In this document: positions 26,349 through 35,264 of the stretch, piece after piece | How positions within the stretch are numbered: position 1 is the first letter of the stretch | Layout: each line of letters opens with the position of its first letter | Origin: a virus | Direction: 5' to 3' (one strand) | Length of the DNA: 64,000 nt | IMG/VR virus record: IMGVR_UViG_3300027733_000032 | Made by a program: the position numbers and the translations under genes | The notes under the pieces: model-generated | The model's input: the letters and a program-made list of their open reading frames with translations, nothing else | What the model was told of the DNA's origin: nothing | Database searches by the model: none

Positions 26349-26572
26349 AGAATACCTCCGAATACATTACATATTATCTTATTATTTGGGTGTGATGGGA
26401 AGATTGCGGTCTCTATTAACTTGGTATTTCGTCATCCAAGACCTTAACGAACCTCTCGTGCGACCAATATTGTTTACTTCGGCCCGTGCGCCACCCGTGA
26501 TGAGGTGGTACGGTAAGGGAATTGGCGGCTTGCGCCCTCAACCGTGAAACACTTTTGGAGTTTTTGAACAAC

Positions 26573-27187
26573 ATGATTTTACACACACAATATTCATATA
26601 ACGAAGAGTTTTCCCAAAAACTTGCTTTTGAATTTACCGCCGTGGGTTCAGACAAATCGTCGTATCATGGGTACGAGGACATATACTCGCACCTTTTATC
26701 CGATATGTCGCCAACGTCATTCCTGGAAATTGGTCTCTTTCTTGGGGAGACTCGTAGTACTGACCTTTTTGCTTGGGAACAGATGTTTCCTGAAGCAAAA
26801 ATTTATGGGGCAGACATAAAGTCTCATCTCCTTTTCAAAAGTGGCAATATTCAAACATTTTTTGTTGACCAGTCACGCCCAGAAACCTTTTTGGATTTGA
26901 AGAACTCAATTGGCGACAAGGTCGACATCATCCTGGATGACGCTTCGCATGTTCTTGATTTGACAATCTCCACTTTTGAGAACATGTTTGATTTTCTTGA
27001 AGATGATGGCATTTACCTCATAGAGGACATTCTTTACGAGGATTACAATATGGACAGTTGGGAACAGCGTTCATCTGAATTAAAAGAATATTTTGACAAA
27101 ACTGGTCTTTCTTACGAGATGTATGCAACATCAAAGGTTCATTCCTGTGTGGATAGTGTTGTTTTAGCGGTATTCAAGGGCAAATGA
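26573..27187 (+). CDS. Class I SAM-dependent (sugar O-)methyltransferase, MycE-like
   Basis: DKSSYHGY..IY, FLEIG, W..FPEAKIYGADI, DQS, IILDDASH, YLIED. ATG at 26573 follows GGAG; the track start at 26522 is TTG. Confidence 0.85.
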   Translation: MILHTQYSYNEEFSQKLAFEFTAVGSDKSSYHGYEDIYSHLLSDMSPTSFLEIGLFLGETRSTDLFAWEQMFPEAKIYGADIKSHLLFKSGNIQTFFVDQSRPETFLDLKNSIGDKVDIILDDASHVLDLTISTFENMFDFLEDDGIYLIEDILYEDYNMDSWEQRSSELKEYFDKTGLSYEMYATSKVHSCVDSVVLAVFKGK

Positions 27188-27639
27188 CTCCTGATAGGAT
27201 ATCTTTCATGACAAAAACTACCGACAGGTTCTGGAGCAAAGTAGATATCGGTTCTCGTGAGGAGTGCTGGCCATGGCGTGCATTTACCCATAAAGGATAT
27301 GGCATATATCGGGATGATGGGAAAAAAGTTAGGGCGCATCGATATTCTTTCTTTATTCACAACGGCTTTTATCCGCCAGTCGTGATGCACGCCTGCGATA
27401 ATCCGCCTTGCGTCAATCCAGCGCACCTACTGGCGGGAACACCGGCTTTGAACACCAGAGACATGATGGCCAAAGGTAGACATGTTGAACCCAACTCCAG
27501 CAAAACACACTGCCCGACGGGTCACGAATACACAGAAACAAACACTTACGTGTATCCATCGGGCGCGCGTAAATGTCGCACCTGTCGCAACGAACAAAGT
27601 CGTATACATCGTGCAAAGAAAGTTAAGGAAAATACTTGA
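27184..27639 (+). CDS. Free-standing HNH homing endonuclease
   Basis: RFWSKV...ECWPW...GYG...AHR...VMHACDNPPCVNPAHL..N; C-terminal HCPTGH..CRTC; overlaps both neighbours. Confidence 0.9.
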   Translation: MTPDRISFMTKTTDRFWSKVDIGSREECWPWRAFTHKGYGIYRDDGKKVRAHRYSFFIHNGFYPPVVMHACDNPPCVNPAHLLAGTPALNTRDMMAKGRHVEPNSSKTHCPTGHEYTETNTYVYPSGARKCRTCRNEQSRIHRAKKVKENT

Positions 27640-28718
27640 GATTCCACATCGTTTCCCTACCACACACGAACACCACCGAAGACTTCACCGCCTGTGCTTA
27701 CACAGAGAAGGTGCGCAAGTTCTGTATCATGATGAAAAATCTCGGACACACCGTATTTCTCTATGGCGGCGAGTTCAATGAAGCACCCTGCGATGAACAC
27801 ATCGTCTGCATTACCGAGGAGCAACGACTAAAGGCCGTTGGTAACAACCACTACTCTGCGGCGTCATTTGACTGGAACCTGCCTCATTGGGTTGAGTTCA
27901 ACGGCAACGTCATCAAGGGCATTCAAGAACGCCTAGAACATAAAGATTTCATCTGCCTCATAACTGGATATGCCTCTAAGCCAATTGCTGATGCTTTTCC
28001 CAACGAACTGAGCGTGGAGTTTGGGATTGGATATGGCGGGTGGTTTGCTAACTACAAGGTGTTTGAGTCCTATGCATGGATGCATGCCTGTTACGGGTCT
28101 AAAGTTACTGACCCTCACACTCTTGACGGCAAATTCTTTGACACCGTTATCCCAAGTTATATCGACGTTGACGACTTCGCCCTACAAGAAGAACCCGACG
28201 ACTACTACCTATACATAGGTCGACTGACGGAGCGTAAGGGTTATCAGGTTGCTGTAGACGTATGCAAGGCACTTGGTAAGCGTTTAGTGATTGCTGGTCA
28301 AGGAACTCCACCTTCTTACGGTGAATATGTGGGCGTAGTTGGGACTGAAGAGCGTTCAAAACTCATGGGTGGGGCAATCGCTACCTTCACTCCAACCATC
28401 TATGTCGAACCTTTTGGCACCGTTGCTATAGAAGCAATGGCATGTGGTTCTCCTGTGATTTCTACCGATTGGGGAGCATTTACGGAGACTGTCATTGATG
28501 GCGTCACTGGATTCAGGTGTCATACTTTGCAAGAATTTATGGATGCTGCGGAGGCGGCAAAACACCTTGACCGCAAGGCAATAAGCCAGTACTCCAAGGA
28601 CCGCTACGGCCTCGATACGGTGGGGCTTATGTATGAGAAGTATTTTACGCGGCTACAAACCCTCTGGGGTAAGGGTTGGTATGAACTCAATAGTAGCCCT
28701 CCAGTTGAAGAAGACTAA
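27636..28718 (+). CDS. GT-B (GT4-like) glycosyltransferase
   Basis: YIGRLTERKG, LVIAG, EPFGTVAIEAMACGSPVISTDWGAFTE. Confidence 0.9.
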   Translation: MRFHIVSLPHTNTTEDFTACAYTEKVRKFCIMMKNLGHTVFLYGGEFNEAPCDEHIVCITEEQRLKAVGNNHYSAASFDWNLPHWVEFNGNVIKGIQERLEHKDFICLITGYASKPIADAFPNELSVEFGIGYGGWFANYKVFESYAWMHACYGSKVTDPHTLDGKFFDTVIPSYIDVDDFALQEEPDDYYLYIGRLTERKGYQVAVDVCKALGKRLVIAGQGTPPSYGEYVGVVGTEERSKLMGGAIATFTPTIYVEPFGTVAIEAMACGSPVISTDWGAFTETVIDGVTGFRCHTLQEFMDAAEAAKHLDRKAISQYSKDRYGLDTVGLMYEKYFTRLQTLWGKGWYELNSSPPVEED

Positions 28719-28768
28719 AAGGAATGACCACCGACGCAAAGTTTTAGGCTTCGGCGCAATGAAGGAAA

Positions 28769-29065
28769 TTATACAAAATGTTTTACAATCGAAGCGATTG
28801 CTAAGACAGTCCAGGCAACGTTGAATAGAATGATGGTCGGCAAAGTTTTCTTAGTAGATGACCAAATCAGCGCCGTACTTGAAATGATAGCAAAAATGTA
28901 AAGCCACCACCACTGCTTGCCCAAAAGTAGGCCAGGAAAAATAATGAGAATCTTTGTTGCAAAACCCCACGCCTCGACGGCATTGGGACGATTCCAATAT
29001 TCCTTCTTGGACATCGTTTTAACAGCATCAACTATCTTTTGACTGAACTGGACAAATTTATTCAT
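28769..29065 (-). CDS. Small multi-TM membrane protein
   Basis: 98 aa with three hydrophobic segments. Confidence 0.65.
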   Translation of the reverse strand: MNKFVQFSQKIVDAVKTMSKKEYWNRPNAVEAWGFATKILIIFPGLLLGKQWWWLYIFAIISSTALIWSSTKKTLPTIILFNVAWTVLAIASIVKHFV

Positions 29066-29685
29066 GTGCCTTTGATTCCATTCTTTTTCTGATACTCATG
29101 TCTAGCACGAGCAACTTCATGTAAGTGGGACGGACCCTTGGTAAAATACCAATGTTCTGGTTCGGCAAAATGAAAGAAAATCATTTGCACTTCATTGTTC
29201 GCTGGGTCAGGGAAACTTTCGCGCCAATGGTATTGGTCCTCACCGTAATAACAAACCGCTTGGTTTGGTTCTGGTAACATCTCTTGTTCTTCAACATAAA
29301 TAGGCCACTGAGTCTTATACGAGAGACATAAGTCCATTGTGTAGGTACAGGCATTGTCGTCGACATGGCTTGGGAGTTGCGCCCTAAAGCCACGATAGGA
29401 AACCCACAAACAGTATGTCGGCTTTAATGTTGGGCTAAATGTAGACCTGGCTTTGTCTAATAAAATTTTGTGGTATTCCCTAAGTGGCGATTCAGTTTTA
29501 TCTGTGCTATTTATACCAAATCTACCTAAAGATGGTTCATAGGAAATAACTTTGGTTTCTTGCAGCAAAGATAAATCTTCATTCAATTTAGTAAACACAG
29601 ATGGCTCAAAAACTTCATCAACAATAAATGCCGGAGGTCTTCTATATAAAGTCCGATTTGTTAGTGGGTCATAGTAGGTGTTCAT
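29062..29685 (-). CDS. 2OG-Fe(II) oxygenase
   Basis: LPSHVD (HxD), YGEDQYHWRE, IFFHF. Confidence 0.75.
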   Translation of the reverse strand: MNTYYDPLTNRTLYRRPPAFIVDEVFEPSVFTKLNEDLSLLQETKVISYEPSLGRFGINSTDKTESPLREYHKILLDKARSTFSPTLKPTYCLWVSYRGFRAQLPSHVDDNACTYTMDLCLSYKTQWPIYVEEQEMLPEPNQAVCYYGEDQYHWRESFPDPANNEVQMIFFHFAEPEHWYFTKGPSHLHEVARARHEYQKKNGIKGT

Positions 29686-30352
29686 TACCTAAAGACCCTC
29701 CATTGTCAATCATGTCAAGAGACTGATTTTCACTATTTTCCAATATGAACGTACTGACAATCCATTTATCATTAGAAATTGGCACGCACCCTTGATGTGG
29801 ATGTGTCCAATATGCTGGAAATAATGCTATAGACCCAGCCTTGGCAGGCACATAGACGTCTTGCTGACGAAAATATGTTTCTCCCCCAGTATCTACGGTA
29901 TTGAGATAAACAACAGCACCAAGAATACGATTCAGGACAACGGTGGGGACCGGTCCACCATCAATATGCTCGCGATAAAACCCCTTACCCTTAATATATC
30001 TTTGCATCCTGAATCCCGTATCACACATTCCTGGCCATTCCCATAACCACTTGAATTGTTCCTGATAATACCCAACAGCAGAAAATATTGCGTTAGAAAC
30101 TTCTAGTTCATAGGAATAGAGTGGTTCTATTGGGACGTTCTTTTCGGCAAGATTTGAGGTAGACCAACTCATATCCATGGTATTTTTAATATTTGGCATA
30201 ACGCCGCTAAGGACTGGTCCTGGAGAGAATAATTTCTCGTAATACTTTGATGATTCTTCAATAATAGAAGAACAAATTTCTTCATTAAGAATATTTTCGG
30301 CAACCATAATTGCAGATGATTTACCTGCTGGCCAGCAAAATTCGATGGTCAT
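29669..30352 (-). CDS. 2OG-Fe(II) oxygenase (prolyl-4-hydroxylase-like)
   Basis: QRY..G.FY.EHID, YLN..GGET.F, FPAYWTHPHQG, KWIVST. Confidence 0.9.
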   Translation of the reverse strand: MTIEFCWPAGKSSAIMVAENILNEEICSSIIEESSKYYEKLFSPGPVLSGVMPNIKNTMDMSWSTSNLAEKNVPIEPLYSYELEVSNAIFSAVGYYQEQFKWLWEWPGMCDTGFRMQRYIKGKGFYREHIDGGPVPTVVLNRILGAVVYLNTVDTGGETYFRQQDVYVPAKAGSIALFPAYWTHPHQGCVPISNDKWIVSTFILENSENQSLDMIDNGGSLGNEHLL

Positions 30353-30367
30353 GACCGACCTTTCGGT

Positions 30368-30607
30368 TTAGTTTTGAGATAAAAACTTTTCGTAGACATT
30401 AAGAATGTCTCGCAGATGCATTTGCGCTGTATCGCTATAGGCTGAATTAGAAAAATCTGGTTGCCAAGAAAAAGAGCCATTAACTAACTCTAGGTCATCT
30501 GGGTCTACTCCTGCAAGTAAGACTGCAGTGAATAACTCTGTTTCTAGACGGCGGCGCGCTGTTTCTCTAGCAACAGTCTTTTGATTTTCTGTAATATTAA
30601 ATTCCAT
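30368..30607 (-). CDS. Small helical protein (paralog family)
   Basis: NITENQK..ARET...LETELF..LLAGVDPD. Confidence 0.7.
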   Translation of the reverse strand: MEFNITENQKTVARETARRRLETELFTAVLLAGVDPDDLELVNGSFSWQPDFSNSAYSDTAQMHLRDILNVYEKFLSQN

Positions 30608-30616
30608 GTTAGAACC

Positions 30617-31432
30617 TCAGTCGTTTCGTCTCATTATTTTATCAACAAATGTTTTCTTTTGTGTGGCTAACTCTGAATCTGCGTCACGTTGCATTTTTTT
30701 ATATTTGCTTTTTTGTTTTTTGGGCATGAAGCCGCCTCCAAATCCTCTGTGTCTGAGGAGATTGTAGGCACTTGAGTTCCCCCATAGGAGTTCTGATTCT
30801 TTAGTTCTCTTAAATGGTATGACGTGCCACATTGGGCGTCCGATTTCAAGTTCAAAAGGCTCGTTAGTTAATACGTTAATAACCATATGTGCATTATGAT
30901 AATAATCTGTATTAACTACTGCTGGGAGCATTGTGTAGTTCGGATTTGGGTTCCAGAGTGGGGGTAGGAATAATGATGACCAACCTGGAGGAGTTTTTAC
31001 TAACCAAGGGTTGATGACTTTAATGTAATTTGATTCTTGAAGTTTCCGTGCTTTTGAAACAGGACATTCACCTGTTTGTGAATACATGAAACTTTCAATA
31101 CCAAAGTCGCCACAATCAGTAGTTAAATCAAATCTGGCATCCCAGTTTTTGCCATTCAAAGATGGGCGAATCATTAATTTTGCCCATAGGGGAATTGTAA
31201 AACCTGTTGCAAGATAGTCGGAGGTACCCGAGCATCTCTTCAAACTTCCATCTGAGCCACTTAATTCTTTCCACCATTCAGGCCAATTCCCATTATTGGC
31301 ATATGGACGACATGAATCATCCATCAAATTAGGGTCAACGCAAGAAAGAAACACTTGATTTTTCTTCAATTTTGGTAAATCATGAAAAATGTCCGGTTTA
31401 ACTATTTGCAGTTTTTCTGAGCGCTTCCGCAT
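30617..31432 (-). CDS. Hypothetical enzyme-like beta protein (DUF6065-like) in the tailoring cluster
   Basis: C.G..DYL..GF.IPLW; K.INPW...TPPGWSSLFLPP; P.VVNTD.Y. Start reassigned to MRKRSEK at 31432. Confidence 0.55.
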   Translation of the reverse strand: MRKRSEKLQIVKPDIFHDLPKLKKNQVFLSCVDPNLMDDSCRPYANNGNWPEWWKELSGSDGSLKRCSGTSDYLATGFTIPLWAKLMIRPSLNGKNWDARFDLTTDCGDFGIESFMYSQTGECPVSKARKLQESNYIKVINPWLVKTPPGWSSLFLPPLWNPNPNYTMLPAVVNTDYYHNAHMVINVLTNEPFELEIGRPMWHVIPFKRTKESELLWGNSSAYNLLRHRGFGGGFMPKKQKSKYKKMQRDADSELATQKKTFVDKIMRRND

Positions 31433-32873
31433 GGTCCACCAATTTCTGGTTAATGAGTTCCGATGATATTTGTGAAATATTCTTTCTAGAAGATTCACGA
31501 GAATTGTATGCTTCCAATTGTATTGACGCAACTTCTTTATTAAGTACTCCCTGCCCTTGCGCTACATGCCACAAATGTGCTGGACCGAATAGTTCAAAAC
31601 CCGTTGATGGGATGTCGTGATGTTCTGGACATCTGGTATTCCATAATTCAAGGAGGTGTTGCAGAAGGGCAGGTTTTTCTGCTTTTTGCTGTTCCGCCCA
31701 CATAGGAGTATCACTCCTATCTGAAACATAATGAAGTGAAATCATACAAAGGATATTTTCCATGATTGAATCCATAACACGATGGTATTCCTTGATTCCG
31801 TATGTTCTTTCACGAGAAAAAGTTGGAAGATATGAGCAGATGAGGCGAGCCTGTTGGATTGTTGTAGAAATTGATGTTGCTTCAAGGGGTTCCACGAATG
31901 AGGCCGCCAACCCGACTGCAACACAATTATTTTTCCATGTAGTACTAAAATATCCTGATTTGAAATTGAGCGTTTTTGCTGGTTCTACTTCAAATCCATG
32001 AATTTCTGATGCTTCCTTAACTGCTTCATCTGCCGAGCAGAAATCTGATGAGAAAACATATCCATTTCCACGACGTTTTTGAGTTGGTATTTCCCACATC
32101 CAACCATTTTTTAACGCTCTTGCGCGTGTGTACGGTTTAATCTGTCCGGATTCTTCCGACTGTGTTGGGAAAGCGATAGCACTGTCGCAAGGAAGATATT
32201 TTCGATATGAAATAAAATCATCTTTAGAAATCTTGCTCAGAATTTCACGATTAAATCCTGTTGCATCAATAAAAAAATCGCCATCAATAAAGTCGTTAGA
32301 TGAATCTATTTTTACATGTTGAATAAAACCTGATTCATCTACACCTATATCTGTTACTTCACCATCAATAAAGTGAATTTTTCTTTCTTTGGCAATACTT
32401 GTTAAATATGTATTTAATTTGAAAGTATCAAAATGATATTGATTCGTTCCTAAATGCGTTTTTTCTCCAGCATCAATGATTTTATTCTCTACTAAACCAC
32501 GCCAAGAAAAAGTACTTGTCAATGGCCAGTCATTCTCTAGAGCGTGGGCATATCCACCCCAGAATGTTCCTGCACTTAAACCAGTTCCACCAACACTATG
32601 GAAATAGTCTGGCGTATGATTTGTCCAATTCTCATATCTGATTCCATATTTGTGTGTAATATCAGCATTTTTAATCATGTCATGAACATCTATGCCAATA
32701 GAATCTTGAAAATGACGCCAATGTTCCGTTGAACCTTCGCCAACTCCAACAATTCCTTTTGCGCTAGAAAAAACCACTGTTACTTCATAACTTTTAAAAT
32801 AATTTTTAATAATTAATGCCGTAACCAAGCCTGCTGTTCCAGCACCAATAATAACTATTTTTTTACGGTTCAT
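31398..32873 (-). CDS. Flavin-dependent tryptophan-halogenase-family protein
   Basis: GAGTAG, GVGEGST, HKYGIRYENW (catalytic Lys), FIDATG, GWMWEIP, FVEPLEATS. Confidence 0.92.
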   Translation of the reverse strand: MNRKKIVIIGAGTAGLVTALIIKNYFKSYEVTVVFSSAKGIVGVGEGSTEHWRHFQDSIGIDVHDMIKNADITHKYGIRYENWTNHTPDYFHSVGGTGLSAGTFWGGYAHALENDWPLTSTFSWRGLVENKIIDAGEKTHLGTNQYHFDTFKLNTYLTSIAKERKIHFIDGEVTDIGVDESGFIQHVKIDSSNDFIDGDFFIDATGFNREILSKISKDDFISYRKYLPCDSAIAFPTQSEESGQIKPYTRARALKNGWMWEIPTQKRRGNGYVFSSDFCSADEAVKEASEIHGFEVEPAKTLNFKSGYFSTTWKNNCVAVGLAASFVEPLEATSISTTIQQARLICSYLPTFSRERTYGIKEYHRVMDSIMENILCMISLHYVSDRSDTPMWAEQQKAEKPALLQHLLELWNTRCPEHHDIPSTGFELFGPAHLWHVAQGQGVLNKEVASIQLEAYNSRESSRKNISQISSELINQKLVDHAEALRKTANS

Positions 32874-33565
32874 TTTTTAACCACAAATGTAAAACCTGTT
32901 GCTACGGGAATATGAAATAGATATTTATCTTCATCTTCTGCCAAACGTGACAAGTATTGAAAGTATGGGTGCTTGTTTTTCATTGAGTAGAGGGAGCCAA
33001 AATCGTTCACAATGTTGAGAATCATTAAAGAATTTGAAGGCAGTTTGTCCCAAACGTTGTCAATGATTGAAAAATCATGACTAACCATTTCAACATCAAT
33101 AAGTGCTATATCATAATCTTCATCAATATTTCCATTGACAAAATCTTCCATAAGCACTATTTTATCTTCACTAATTTTAATATTTTTATATTTTTCCATG
33201 TAATCAACACTCATTGTATTGACATAGTGTACATTTGGAACAATTTCATTAAGAGTAGACCCAAGAATGTAGTTCATTCCATAAAAAATAACTTTTGATG
33301 GATTTTTAATTCTTACAGCAATTTCTACAATAGAACGTGTCAATATTTCGATATCCATAGCAGAACTGGAAGCATCGCTTATTTGGTCTAGCCAATTCAG
33401 TTGAACTGAATAGCCAATTGTAGAACGACCCCTGTCGACACCAGTTGCTATTTCCGATTGCAAGAACTGTGCATTGTTTGTAACAATGGTCGATTTATCA
33501 ATATCGGAAGACATCGTATGTGAAAGTAAATTTGCCATCTGAAAAACACTGTAATTGTCATTCAT
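32870..33565 (-). CDS. Divergent Rossmann/methyltransferase-like protein
   Basis: VIFYG..YDIALID..W..L....LMIL pattern; canonical glycine loop degenerate. Confidence 0.45.
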   Translation of the reverse strand: MNDNYSVFQMANLLSHTMSSDIDKSTIVTNNAQFLQSEIATGVDRGRSTIGYSVQLNWLDQISDASSSAMDIEILTRSIVEIAVRIKNPSKVIFYGMNYILGSTLNEIVPNVHYVNTMSVDYMEKYKNIKISEDKIVLMEDFVNGNIDEDYDIALIDVEMVSHDFSIIDNVWDKLPSNSLMILNIVNDFGSLYSMKNKHPYFQYLSRLAEDEDKYLFHIPVATGFTFVVKK

Positions 33566-33827
33566 TGTCTAGTCTCCATTTTAGAACATAAAAAAGATAC
33601 CAAAATCGTCTTAAGGACATTTGATATCTACGCAATTCTGCATGCTTTTCTGCTGCAGTAGTAGAATTGGGGTCATAGTTTGCTGCGCCAAAAACATTAC
33701 TACACGATTCCATCAAGTCATCTAAAGTCAGACTTTGAATATCTGCCAAGTCAACACCAATTGTTACAGCGATTGCGACTAGTTGTTCTTGAACATAATT
33801 AAAATCATTTTGTAAGTTATAGCCCAT
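33558..33827 (-). CDS. Small helical protein (distant member of the paralog family)
   Basis: EQL..AVTIGVDLAD; probable start MGYNL at 33827. Confidence 0.65.
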   Translation of the reverse strand: MGYNLQNDFNYVQEQLVAIAVTIGVDLADIQSLTLDDLMESCSNVFGAANYDPNSTTAAEKHAELRRYQMSLRRFWYLFYVLKWRLDNE

Positions 33828-33978
33828 TGTTTTTATCCTCAATTACAAAAACTATAGGTTGGTCAAGCATTGCGCAAGAAACAATGCTTTCGTCGTTTGC
33901 CTTATATCTGCCTGTAGTTAAATCAAAATTTGCATCAGTAATTTGTTCAACGTTTGATTCTTGAGGTTCTGGAGTCAT
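33817..33978 (-). CDS. Small acidic peptide (53 aa, not in the ORF track)
   Basis: MTPEPQESNVEQITDANFDLTTGRYKANDESIVSCAMLDQPIVFVIEDKNNGL*; ATGA overlap with the oxygenase stop. Confidence 0.55.
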   Translation of the reverse strand: MTPEPQESNVEQITDANFDLTTGRYKANDESIVSCAMLDQPIVFVIEDKNNGL

Positions 33979-34565
33979 TGAAACCACGTCACTAATGAAT
34001 ATTTGACAGTATTGTCTTTTTCACCTACGGGTTCAGCAATATGCAAATATGGGTAATTTGATGGAAACATGATAACGCTTCCGGCTTTTGGTTGAATATT
34101 CACATTGAAACGAGGGAATACTAAATTCCCACCAGTAAAATTATCGTTTAGGAAAGCAACCAGACTTAGGCTTCGTGCATTGTTCCTGAAATGGTCATGA
34201 TGGGCATGATATTCAGCACCACCACCATACTTCAGCACGCGGTAACCTTCATCCATTTCTAAATCCAACTCAAAAACATGCCTGTAGTCCCAAACGATTG
34301 GGTCAATTTTTTCCCAAATTTTTTGCCATTCAGAAGCAAGCGGCTTAACTCTTTCAATAGCAATTTCATCAGAACCAAGGGGCATTAATTCGCATCCCAT
34401 TGATGTTCTTGTGTTGGAAATTTGACCTTCACCAGTCGCAGATTTTTCCCATCGCACATATCCCCAATCTTGAGAACATTCCTCTTCTAGGAGTTCGATG
34501 AAGTTCCCTGCATCAAAAATATTGTCGTATTGGCAAATACCAACTGCATGTTCTTTGAATTTCAT
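33975..34565 (-). CDS. 2OG-Fe(II) oxygenase (prolyl-4-hydroxylase-like)
   Basis: VLKY.GG.EYHAHHD, FLND.F.GG.L.F, FPSNYPYLHIA, KYSLVTW. Confidence 0.9.
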   Translation of the reverse strand: MKFKEHAVGICQYDNIFDAGNFIELLEEECSQDWGYVRWEKSATGEGQISNTRTSMGCELMPLGSDEIAIERVKPLASEWQKIWEKIDPIVWDYRHVFELDLEMDEGYRVLKYGGGAEYHAHHDHFRNNARSLSLVAFLNDNFTGGNLVFPRFNVNIQPKAGSVIMFPSNYPYLHIAEPVGEKDNTVKYSLVTWFQ

Positions 34566-34566
34566 G

Positions 34567-34815
34567 TTATTCGGCGATTCTTCCGCGGATTTCTTCAATT
34601 TTTTCTAATGCTTCAAGAGTACGAATAATTTGTTCGCGCCAACCAGAGTATTCTTCAGCAATATCTGTCTCTGGATTAAATGTTGTCATATCAACTAAAT
34701 CTGGGTCTAGGCCAGCGGCAACCATACTTCCGAATAATTGTTCCTTGAAACCAACTTCTCGTGTTTCGATTGCTTGTAATTTGCGTTCTGTTGTTAAAGA
34801 GTCAAAAAAACTCAT
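34567..34815 (-). CDS. Small helical protein (paralog family)
   Basis: SLTTERK.QAIET...KEQLF..VAAGLDPD. Confidence 0.7.
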   Translation of the reverse strand: MSFFDSLTTERKLQAIETREVGFKEQLFGSMVAAGLDPDLVDMTTFNPETDIAEEYSGWREQIIRTLEALEKIEEIRGRIAE

Positions 34816-34817
34816 TG

Positions 34818-35264
34818 TCATCTCCTTTGTCCGTTGTGTACCATAACTTCATTCTTGCATATTTCTGTGCCATTGCGCTTCGCTATGACAATATATTTTC
34901 CTGATTTAGGAAATCTATGTTTAATGACAACGCGATGTTCTTCAATAATCTCTGGTGTTATGACACCAATGACACGAACAATATAGTCATCATTATCTAT
35001 TTCTACAAGCGTAAACTCAACTTCTTTACATGAATCAAAATCATCAACAAAGACAAAAATAAAAAGTTCATTAGTTCCTATTTTGGAATTGTAGTCTACA
35101 TATTTTTCAATTGGAATGGAAAGCAATGTTACTTGTGAGTCATCAAAATTCATAGTTTCTGTTCTTGGAGAATGCCCATTTTGTATTGGTAATATCCAGG
35201 AACGAGCAAGTTTTTCCGCATCTCCAAACATTGATTCATCTGGGCAAAAAATAACGCGCTCCAT
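34818..35264 (-). CDS. Hypothetical protein (C-terminal Ig-like strands)
   Basis: 148 aa, coupled to both neighbours. Confidence 0.62.
   Translation of the reverse strand: MERVIFCPDESMFGDAEKLARSWILPIQNGHSPRTETMNFDDSQVTLLSIPIEKYVDYNSKIGTNELFIFVFVDDFDSCKEVEFTLVEIDNDDYIVRVIGVITPEIIEEHRVVIKHRFPKSGKYIVIAKRNGTEICKNEVMVHNGQRR

Noticed and set aside
26395-26546. SAM riboswitch, hammerhead ribozyme or tRNA
   Set aside because: The required conserved cores (AUC-AGAG/GCAACC, CUGANGA/GAAA, T-loop GTTCRA with cloverleaf) were not found.
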